The translations under genes were made by a program, and so were the position numbers. The notes beneath the pieces are model-generated. The model was not told where the DNA came from, did no database searches, and saw only the letters and a program-made list of their open reading frames with translations. A stretch of 40,647 nt of DNA. It comes from Sandaracinaceae bacterium. GTDB taxonomy: Bacteria; Myxococcota_A; Polyangia; Polyangiales; Sandaracinaceae. The DNA is taken from NCBI GenBank assembly GCA_044220955.1, contig JBGAQA010000059.1:1-40647 (forward strand). The letters are read 5' to 3'. Below are positions 29,596 to 40,647 of the stretch, in pieces. Position 1 is the stretch's first letter. Each line of letters begins with the position of its first letter.

Positions 29596-31047
29596 ATGAA
29601 CACGCAGAGAGTCGCGACCACCGCATCGCTCGAAGGCATCCCGCGCTTCGACACGACGCTCGATGCGACGGCCGGGCTCGTGCTCGTTTACTCACGCCTG
29701 CACCGGCAGCTCGCGGCGGCCGTCCCGTTCCTGGGCGACGTCACCACCATCGGGCGCGAGCCCGACAACACCCTCTCGGTGCCGGAGGCGGCGGTCTCCC
29801 GGTATCACGCCAAGATCGAGCGGGTGCCCGGCGGGCATGCCATCCGCGACGAGGGGTCGACCAACGGCACGCTGGTCAACGGCCTGCGCGTGAGCGAGCA
29901 GCTGCTGCGCGACCACGACGTCGTGCGTGTCGGCGACTCCCTCTACCGGTATGCCCAGCGAGCGGTCCTGGCGTACGGCGCCTACCGCATCGACGGGACC
30001 GTCATCGAGACCTCGCGGCCGGTCCATCACCACATCAAGAGCCAGCTCGTCGGTGGCTGTCAGATCGACATCTTGCTCGATCGCGTCGACAAGATCGCCA
30101 AGGCACCCCTCGCGTGCGTGATCGCGGGCGAGAGCGGCACGGGCAAGGAGCTGCTCGCGCGCACGATCCACGACGCGAGCGAGCGCAAGGGCGCGTTCCA
30201 GGCGATCAATTGCGCCGCGCTCCCCGCGAACCTGATCGAGAGCGAGCTCTTCGGCTACCGCAAGGGCGCCTTCACGGGCGCGAGCCAGGACAAGGCCGGC
30301 CTCGTGCGAGCGGCGCACCTCGGCACGCTCTTCCTCGACGAGATCGGCGACATGCCGCTCGAGGCGCAGGCCAAGCTGCTGCGAGTGCTGCAGGAGCGCG
30401 AGGTGCTCCCGATCGGCGCCACGGCCGCCGAGCGCGTCGACGTTCGCGTGGTGGCGGCCACGCACCGTGACCTGGAGGCCGAGGTGGCGGCGGGCCGCTT
30501 CCGCGGCGACCTGCTCGCGCGACTTCGGGAGTTCTCGGTTCGGTTGCCGCCGCTCCGCGAGCGGCGCGAGGATCTCTACCCGCTGGCCCTCTACTTCCTG
30601 CGGCGGGCGGGCCGCGGGGACGCGGCGGTCACGCTGCCATTCATGCTCGCGCTGGCCCACTACGCCTGGCCGTACAACGTCCGGGAGCTGGAGAGCGCCA
30701 TCAAGCTGGCGGTCGCGCTCTCGGACGGCCGCGAGCTCGATCTCAAGCACCTGCCGGAGGCGCTGCAGGAGGGGCTCCGCACCCACGGCAAGCAGGGGCC
30801 GAACACGGGGCCGATGCTGACCCCCTCGCCGAGCGAGCCCACGCGGCCGGGCCCGCCGCCCGTCATGACGGGCGGTTCGACGGCCAAGCCGCGGCCCGCG
30901 GGACCGCCGACCGAGGCCCAGCTCCGCGAGATCCTCGCCCGGCACAAGGGAAACATCGCCGCCGTGGGCCGGGAGCTCGGGAAAGAGAGGATGCAGGTCC
31001 ACCGCTGGCTGAAGCGGTACGCGATCGACATCGCCGAGTACCGCTGA
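29596..31047 (+). CDS. FHA-domain sigma54-dependent transcriptional activator (bEBP, Fis-type HTH)
   Basis: FHA motifs IGR...VSRYH...[41 protein letters not shown]-terminal HTH. Confidence 0.93.
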   Translation: MNTQRVATTASLEGIPRFDTTLDATAGLVLVYSRLHRQLAAAVPFLGDVTTIGREPDNTLSVPEAAVSRYHAKIERVPGGHAIRDEGSTNGTLVNGLRVSEQLLRDHDVVRVGDSLYRYAQRAVLAYGAYRIDGTVIETSRPVHHHIKSQLVGGCQIDILLDRVDKIAKAPLACVIAGESGTGKELLARTIHDASERKGAFQAINCAALPANLIESELFGYRKGAFTGASQDKAGLVRAAHLGTLFLDEIGDMPLEAQAKLLRVLQEREVLPIGATAAERVDVRVVAATHRDLEAEVAAGRFRGDLLARLREFSVRLPPLRERREDLYPLALYFLRRAGRGDAAVTLPFMLALAHYAWPYNVRELESAIKLAVALSDGRELDLKHLPEALQEGLRTHGKQGPNTGPMLTPSPSEPTRPGPPPVMTGGSTAKPRPAGPPTEAQLREILARHKGNIAAVGRELGKERMQVHRWLKRYAIDIAEYR

Positions 31048-31111
31048 CCCGGCGCTCGCCGAGCGCCCGGATCGCTCGAGCGCCCGTCAGCCGATGCACG
31101 GGGATGGGCGA

Positions 31112-31135
31112 CTGGGCCGTTTTTCTGGGCCGTTT
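31112..31135 (+). promoter_or_regulatory. 11-bp direct repeat CTGGGCCGTTT x2, candidate transcription-factor site
   Basis: Copies at 31112-31122 and 31125-31135, just upstream of the sigma54 promoter. Confidence 0.45.
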
Positions 31136-31148
31136 CGACGGGCGGGCT

Positions 31149-31165
31149 CTGGAACGTCGCTTGCT
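31149..31165 (+). promoter_or_regulatory. Sigma54 (-24/-12) promoter
   Basis: CTGGAACGTCGCTTGCT with exact GG-N10-GC spacing, close to consensus YTGGCACGnnnnTTGCW. Confidence 0.75.
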
Positions 31166-31176
31166 CGACGCAGACC

Positions 31177-35300
<4,124 letters not shown>

Positions 35301-35304
<4 letters not shown>

Positions 35305-35804
35305 GCCAGGCGATGAACATGACGAAGCGAACGGGGTGGGCGGGGATCTTCGCGGCGCTGGCCGCGGCGAGCCTCATGGGGTGCGCGGGCGATCCGGCGG
35401 TCACGGGGGAGGGCTCGCCCCTTCTCGGACCGGACGCCCTCCCGCTGCCGATGGCGGCGACGGACATGCTGGACATGGCGCCCGACTGCGCGGGCCGCCT
35501 GGGCGACGTGAGCGCGTCGAACTACCGCTTCGAGGTGGCGTCGCTGAGCGCGGGCCTGGTGGCGGTGGTGGACGCGGCCGGCGGCGTCGTGTGCGTGGAC
35601 ACGGTCAGCGACGTGCAGTCGGACCTGGATGCGTCCGGGCAGTCGGCCGAGGCCGACACGCTGGTGGCGGGCTTCCAGGCGGCGGCGCACGAGGCCGACG
35701 GGCGGGATGCTCGCTTCGCCGGGCGCGCGCTGCCGGGCGATCCGGAGCCGCAGCCGAACGACCGTCCGGGCGCGATCCCGGATCCGGAGCCGCAGCCGAA
35801 TTGA
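35301..35804 (+). CDS. Small lipoprotein ending in duplicated DPEPQPN peptide
   Basis: ATGA overlap with the regulator stop; signal peptide with lipobox LMGC; C-terminus PGDPEPQPNDRPGAIPDPEPQPN. Confidence 0.8.
35739..35800 (+). repeat. Exact 20-bp direct repeat GATCCGGAGCCGCAGCCGAA x2 (period 42)
   Basis: Copies at 35739-35758 and 35781-35800 encode DPEPQPN. Confidence 0.9.
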
Positions 35805-35883
35805 TCGCGCCGGCGCCGCCTCGCGGCCCCGTTCTCGATCCCTCGGACGATCCCTTCGCGTAGGATGGCGGCTGGAGACCGCA

Positions 35884-37128
35884 TTGGATCGACACGTCGT
35901 CCTCGTCGCACCGCACTTCCTCGCGAACACCCTGCGCTACGTGCAGGCGTTCACGGACCTCGACGGCGTCGAGACGAGCGTGATCAGCGAGTCGCCCGAG
36001 TCGGCCATCCCGATGGCGGTGCGCGAGCGGCTCGCCGGGCACTACCGGGTCCCCAGCTGCCTCGACGCGCGGCAGCTGAGCGGCGCTCTGCGGGCGCTCT
36101 CGCGCGCCATCCGGCCGGTCGATCGCCTCGCAGGCGTGCTCGAGCAGCTTCAGATGCCGCTCGCGGCGGCGCGTGACGCGCTCGACATCCCGGGCATGCG
36201 GGTCGACACGGCCCGCAACTTCCGCGACAAGGACCGCATGAAGGACGTGCTGCGCGCCGCGGGCGTCCCGGTCGCGCGCAGCGTGCTGGCTGCGAACGAG
36301 GGCGAGGTGCGCCGCGCGATCGAGTCGATGGGCTATCCCGCGATCGTCAAGCCGCAGGCGGGGCTCGGGGCGCGGGCGACGCGGCGCATCGAGAAGCCCG
36401 CGGATCTCGACCAAATGATCTCGAACGGCGAGGGGCCCCGCCCCGGGGCTCCGGTGCAGGTCGAGGAGTTCGTCCGCGCGCGCGAGCACACGTGCGAGAC
36501 GGCGACCGTGCTCGGCCGGCCGGTCTGGCGCTCGGGGACGCGCTACTTCCCGTCGCCGCTCGAGGTCCTCGAGAACCCGTGGATGCAGTACTGCGTGCTG
36601 CTCCCCGCCGAGCAGGACGACCCCACCTTCACCGCGTTCCACCCGACGAACACGGCGGCGCTCGACGCGCTCGGGGCGGGGCCTCGGTCCGGGTGGTCCG
36701 GGCTCACGCACATGGAGTGGTTCCTCCGCGACGACGGATCGATGCTCGTCAACGAGGTCGGCGCTCGCCCGCCGGGCGTGCAGATCATGCCGCTCATGAG
36801 CCTCGCGCACGGCTTCGACGTGATCGGTGCGTGGGCGGGGCTGGTCGCGCTCGACGTCTTCGAGCCGCGCCCGCGCAGGCGCGCCGCCGGCGCCGCGTTC
36901 TTTCGTGGCCAGGGGAGCGGCTCGCGCATCGTGAAGATCCACGGCGCGGCGGCGGCCCGCGAGCAGGTCGGCCACGCGATCGTCGAGCTGAGCCTGCCGA
37001 GCGTCGGGACCCCGCGCGCGAGCGGCTACGAGGGCGAGGGCCACGCGATCGTCGTGCACGACACGACGGAGGGGGCCCGGGAGGCGCTCAAGGCGCTCGT
37101 CTCGAACATCCGCCTCGAGCTCGGCTGA
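35884..37128 (+). CDS. ATP-grasp domain protein (amine-carboxylate ligase family)
   Basis: FRDKDRMKDVLRAAGVP, GYPAIVKPQAGLG, VEEFV, HMEWF, NEVGARPPG; TTG start with GGAG SD 6 nt upstream. Confidence 0.88.
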   Translation: MDRHVVLVAPHFLANTLRYVQAFTDLDGVETSVISESPESAIPMAVRERLAGHYRVPSCLDARQLSGALRALSRAIRPVDRLAGVLEQLQMPLAAARDALDIPGMRVDTARNFRDKDRMKDVLRAAGVPVARSVLAANEGEVRRAIESMGYPAIVKPQAGLGARATRRIEKPADLDQMISNGEGPRPGAPVQVEEFVRAREHTCETATVLGRPVWRSGTRYFPSPLEVLENPWMQYCVLLPAEQDDPTFTAFHPTNTAALDALGAGPRSGWSGLTHMEWFLRDDGSMLVNEVGARPPGVQIMPLMSLAHGFDVIGAWAGLVALDVFEPRPRRRAAGAAFFRGQGSGSRIVKIHGAAAAREQVGHAIVELSLPSVGTPRASGYEGEGHAIVVHDTTEGAREALKALVSNIRLELG

Positions 37129-37155
37129 CGCTCGGCGAGGGGGCGGTGCGGCCGA

Positions 37156-38925
37156 TCAGCCCGCGTCGGCGCCGGCGTCCCTGCCGCCGTCGGTGCCCGC
37201 ATCGGAGCCGGCGTCCTCCGGAGGCGTCCCCGAGTCCGTCGGCGGCGTCCCGGCGTCCGTCGGCGGCATCCCGGCGTCGTGCGGGGGCGCCACCGCGGCC
37301 GCGCCGGCGCCGACGGTGCGGACCAGGCGCATCGGCACCCGGGCGCAGCCCGAGCCCGTCACCGCCACCTCGAGGCCGCTCGGGAACACGTAGGTGTGGC
37401 CGCCACCCTCGAGCCTCGCGAACGTGCGCGGCACGTGCCACGTGAGGACGCCGTCGAGGCCGTTCGGCACCACGAGCACGCCGCTGCTCGGATCGAAGGC
37501 GCCCGAGCCGAGCCCGACGCTGCCGACGCCCGTCGTGCTCGCGCTGTGCAGCGTCTGCGTGTCCCCGGTGTCGACGTTCACGACGATCAGCCGGTCCGGC
37601 GCCGCGGGCGTGACGCTGCCTTGCTCGATGAACGCGACGAGGTGACCGAAGAGCGGGATCGTGCCCGCGTTCGCCCGCGGGATCCCGAGCGACGTCGCGG
37701 CGATCGTGCGTGCGACGCTGGGGAGCCGGTCCGGCGTGCGCGGATCGTACTCCACGTAGACGAAACCGGCGTCGCTCGGCGTCGCGCCGCGCATCGCGGG
37801 GACCGACCCCAGGCAGGAGAGCACCCAGCGGTGGGCCTCGCCCTCGTCGTCCGGATCGCCGACCGCGCGCGACGGTGGATGGTAGGGCGCGATGTTCGTG
37901 CAGTTCGTCATGCCCGGGATCCGGATGACCGAGCGCACCGAGCGCATGGCGGGGTCGAGCACGGCGAGCAGCCCCGGGCCGTACGTCGCAGGGGAGAAGA
38001 ACGTCTGGTGATCGAGCGCGGCCAGCACGACGTGCTCGTCGTAGACCGCGAACGCGGCGGCCGACGCGTGCAGGCCGGCGTCCGCGAAGGCGTCGAACGA
38101 GGTCGTCTCGAGCAGCGTGATGCGCGCGCGATCGTCGACGTCGAGGAGGTAGGCCTCCCCGCCGTAGCGGATGCCGTCGATGACGCTCGAGGTCCGCGCG
38201 ACGATCGCGAGGTCGTGCTGGGGCGCGTCGCGGGGGACGACGACGAGGTCCGCGAGCGTCGGGCTGGTGTCGGGCGTGGCGGTGGCGGGCAGCTCGAGCG
38301 CGGGCCAGGGCCACTCCCACTGGCGCAGGTTCTGGACCGACGGGACGACGCCCGCATCGGCGATCCCCGTGTCGACGGCAGGCCCTGCGTCGCTCGTGTC
38401 CGGCTCCTCGTCGCCGAGGGGGAAGCGCACCACCGACGTGGCGCCGCCGATGGCCACGAAGGGGCCGCCCGGCGGAGCGAACGGGAGCACCGGCCGCGTG
38501 CCGATGCCCAGGCCGCGCATGTCGCGCCACCGCGTCCGCTGATCGAGCCAGGCGCTCGCCCGCAGGGAGGCCGCCCCGTCCGCGAAGTCGCGCACCGGCG
38601 CGACGGTGGTCGCCGCCGTGCGCGAGGCTGGATCGGCGTCCGGGTCGAGCAGCTCGTGTCGGTCGAGGTCCAGAAGAGGCTCGCCCGTCGTCGGATCGAG
38701 CGCGGGAGCGATGGCGAGCAGGTGGACCTGACCGACGAGCCCGCCGGCCGCCACGCCCGCGAAGCGGACGGCGATGGGCCTCGGCGTCGCGCCCGTCGTC
38801 GTCGCCGCAGGTCCGCGCGGCAGCTGCGTCGTCGTGTCGACCGACGCCGTCGCGCACTCGCCCGAGTGCGGCGTGCAGCCCGCGCCGAGGGCGAGCAAGA
38901 GAAGGACCGCGAGCGCCAAGCGCAT
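37156..38925 (-). CDS. Putative lipoprotein, beta-rich (propeller-like) with C-terminal DAG/PPT repeats
   Basis: MRLALAVLLLLALGAGC lipobox; beta-strand repeats; tail DAGMPPTDAGTPPTDSGTPPEDAGSDAG. Confidence 0.8.
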   Translation of the reverse strand: MRLALAVLLLLALGAGCTPHSGECATASVDTTTQLPRGPAATTTGATPRPIAVRFAGVAAGGLVGQVHLLAIAPALDPTTGEPLLDLDRHELLDPDADPASRTAATTVAPVRDFADGAASLRASAWLDQRTRWRDMRGLGIGTRPVLPFAPPGGPFVAIGGATSVVRFPLGDEEPDTSDAGPAVDTGIADAGVVPSVQNLRQWEWPWPALELPATATPDTSPTLADLVVVPRDAPQHDLAIVARTSSVIDGIRYGGEAYLLDVDDRARITLLETTSFDAFADAGLHASAAAFAVYDEHVVLAALDHQTFFSPATYGPGLLAVLDPAMRSVRSVIRIPGMTNCTNIAPYHPPSRAVGDPDDEGEAHRWVLSCLGSVPAMRGATPSDAGFVYVEYDPRTPDRLPSVARTIAATSLGIPRANAGTIPLFGHLVAFIEQGSVTPAAPDRLIVVNVDTGDTQTLHSASTTGVGSVGLGSGAFDPSSGVLVVPNGLDGVLTWHVPRTFARLEGGGHTYVFPSGLEVAVTGSGCARVPMRLVRTVGAGAAAVAPPHDAGMPPTDAGTPPTDSGTPPEDAGSDAGTDGGRDAGADAG

Positions 38926-39032
38926 GCGCGCAGTGTCGCCTGCTTGCACCCCTCGGGGTCAAGCGCGACGAAGCGCTTGCTCCGAGCCTCGGGTGCTCGC
39001 ATAACGTCGGCTCCTCGCGTGGTGCGGGGGCT

Positions 39033-39038
39033 TTGACA
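39033..39038 (+). promoter_or_regulatory. Possible sigma70 -35 element for the riboswitch transcript
   Basis: Perfect TTGACA in a very GC-rich context, just upstream of the aptamer; no clear -10. Confidence 0.3.
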
Positions 39039-39069
39039 ACCGAGCGTTTTCGGTCACGCGCAGCAGCAG

Positions 39070-39282
39070 CGGCTCCAGCCGCGTGCGGCGCAGCGGAGCG
39101 CGATCGCGCTCCGAGGGAAGCCGGTGAGCAGGCCTGTCCGCCTGCGACTCCGGCGCGGCCCCCGCCACTGTGACCGGGGACTCGTGCCGTCGTGCCCGAT
39201 CGAAGATCGGGGTCACTGGTGCTCTCGAGCGCTGGGAAGGCCGACGGCCGGGGATGATCCGGAAGCCAGGAGACCTGCCGAA
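39070..39282 (+). ncRNA. Cobalamin (B12) riboswitch
   Basis: Hallmarks in order: AGGGAAGCCGGTG...ACTCCGGC, CCCCCGCCACTGTGA, CACTG...GGGAAGG, B12 box AGCCAGGAGACCTGCC (39264-39279); 5' boundary approximate. Confidence 0.93.
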
Positions 39283-39370
39283 GGCGATTGGGGCGACGTT
39301 CTCCGTCGGGGCGACGGGAGCGCGAGCGCGAGCCGCTCTCCGGCTCGCTCCGAAGGGGTGCGTCGCTGGT

Positions 39371-39402
39371 TCCTCCTCCGCGGGTGAGCGGAGAAGTGGA
39401 GG
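39371..39402 (+). promoter_or_regulatory. Anti-SD hairpin (riboswitch expression platform)
   Basis: TCCTCCTCCGC can pair with GCGGAG...GGAGG, sequestering the SD (GGAGG 39398-39402) of the 39407 gene. Confidence 0.6.
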
Positions 39403-39406
39403 CGCG

Positions 39407-40570
39407 ATGCGCACGTTCCTGGCGGTTCTCTCGGTGTGTCTGTTCCTCGGTTGTGACGGCAGCGCGGTTCCCGTCGACGCAGGCGGCGACGCCGGTCGCG
39501 CAGGCGACGCGGGCAGCGATGGCGGCAGCGATGGCGGCAGCGATGGCGGCAGCGATGGCGGCAGCGATGGCGGCGCGGGGCCGGCGTGCTCCGCGGCCAG
39601 CTGCGCGGGCGATCACGCCTGCGTTCGCGGAGCGTGCATCCTCACCTGCGGCGCTGACACGACCGCGTTCGACGCCGCCCTCGGCGCCGCGCTCGTCGTC
39701 GAGCTGTCCGTGTGCCGCGTCCCCGCCGCGATCGCGGTCGTGGGCACGAACGCGTACGAGCTGAGCGCGAGCACGGCCGGGCGGGAGACGACCTTCACGC
39801 TCTCGCGCTGGGCCGTGGGAAGCGAGACGCCGAGCGCGACGACGGTCGCGACGGCGCACTACACGGCCGCCGACGCGGCGACGATGGTCTTCGCCGGCGG
39901 CTACGTCGCCGTCTCGGACGACGGGATGCGCGCGGTCTTCGGCTACACCACGACGCTCGCGGGTGCGATCGGCGGCGTGTTCGACGTCGCGACGGGCTCC
40001 GGCGTGGCGACCGAGCTCTCCGCCGACGGGAACTTCGATGCGGCCTTCCTCGACGCGACCCACTTCGTGGTCGACGGGTCGATCGGGGGCGCGCAGGGCT
40101 TGTACGCCGCCATGACGGGTGGCTCGGCCCTCACGGGCGTCGTGACGCACCTCGGCGAGTACAGCGGGAGCGTCGACCTCTGGGCGGACGAGGGCGTGGT
40201 CCTGGCGGGCGGCTCGTCCTTCGGGACGAACTGGGCGGACGGGACGACGGGCGATCGCGTCCTGGTGCTGAGCCGGGCCGATCTGCTCGCGGTCACCACG
40301 ACGCCGCTCGACGGTGCGACGGTCCAGCAGCTCTCGGTCCCGTCCGCGTTTCAGCTGCTCTCGGGGGGTCGTCTCGCGAGCGTGCACTACGACGCGTCGT
40401 TCGCCGTCGACGCGATCCAGGTGCGCACGCTGACGCGCGCGTCCGGCACCGGAGTGGTCACCGCGGGCGCGCCGACGAACCTGACCTCGGGCGCGGCGTT
40501 CACGAGCGTGGCGGCGGCCGGCACCGGCGCCGTGCTCGGGTTCTCCGGCGGCCTGCTCTTCGTGCACTGA
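39407..40570 (+). CDS. Cobalamin-riboswitch-controlled lipoprotein (Cys-rich module plus beta-rich domain)
   Basis: GGAGG SD, lipobox FLGC, DGGS linker, CSAASCAGDHACVRGACILTC module, beta-rich remainder. Confidence 0.85.
   Translation: MRTFLAVLSVCLFLGCDGSAVPVDAGGDAGRAGDAGSDGGSDGGSDGGSDGGSDGGAGPACSAASCAGDHACVRGACILTCGADTTAFDAALGAALVVELSVCRVPAAIAVVGTNAYELSASTAGRETTFTLSRWAVGSETPSATTVATAHYTAADAATMVFAGGYVAVSDDGMRAVFGYTTTLAGAIGGVFDVATGSGVATELSADGNFDAAFLDATHFVVDGSIGGAQGLYAAMTGGSALTGVVTHLGEYSGSVDLWADEGVVLAGGSSFGTNWADGTTGDRVLVLSRADLLAVTTTPLDGATVQQLSVPSAFQLLSGGRLASVHYDASFAVDAIQVRTLTRASGTGVVTAGAPTNLTSGAAFTSVAAAGTGAVLGFSGGLLFVH
39512..39571 (+). repeat. 12-bp in-frame tandem repeat GGCAGCGATGGC x5 (GSDG linker)
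   Basis: Counted directly. Confidence 0.9.
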
Positions 40571-40571
40571 G

Positions 40572-40647
40572 GTGTCCGCGCTCGCGCGCGCGCTCGTCTC
40601 GATCGCGATCGCCTCGGCGAACGCGGCGGGCCCCGCGCGCGCGCAGG
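40572..40647 (+). CDS. Partial CDS: N-terminal signal peptide of the next operon gene (possibly a secreted or outer-membrane B12 uptake protein)
   Basis: GTG 1 nt after the upstream stop; MSALARALVSIAIASANAAGPARAQ with an ARA-Q cleavage-like site; runs off the window. Confidence 0.45.
   Translation, partial: MSALARALVSIAIASANAAGPARAQ

Overview
Very GC-rich chromosomal window with myxobacterial gene content (Pph1-like PP2C phosphatase, Ser/Thr kinase, FHA proteins, two sigma54 enhancer-binding proteins, many lipoproteins with DAG/DGG linkers); Polyangiales/Sandaracinaceae-like by inference. It holds about 35 CDS. Housekeeping genes: family-4 UDG, cutA, miaB, panE, amtB, gpsA, a HelD-like ATPase, crotonase, thioesterase and patatin. 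No tRNA, rRNA, CRISPR array or transposase was seen. Main points of interest: (1) a sigma54-promoter-driven 1375-aa STAND-ATPase/TPR/bEBP regulator, translationally coupled to a small lipoprotein ending in a duplicated DPEPQPN peptide, with an FHA-bEBP upstream and an ATP-grasp gene downstream; this is a candidate peptide-signalling circuit. (2) A kinase + pseudokinase-V4R-like pair divergent from a stand-alone Cache-like lipoprotein. (3) A cobalamin riboswitch with an unusual inserted hairpin, controlling an uncharacterised lipoprotein. (4) A 32-unit CGAG(GG/GT/AG) hexamer array filling a divergent promoter region. (5) A GlnR-box-like operator at amtB. (6) Recurrent TAnnnT elements 6-8 nt before start codons, suggesting widespread leaderless mRNAs. 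All domain calls come from motif recognition by eye, not database searches.
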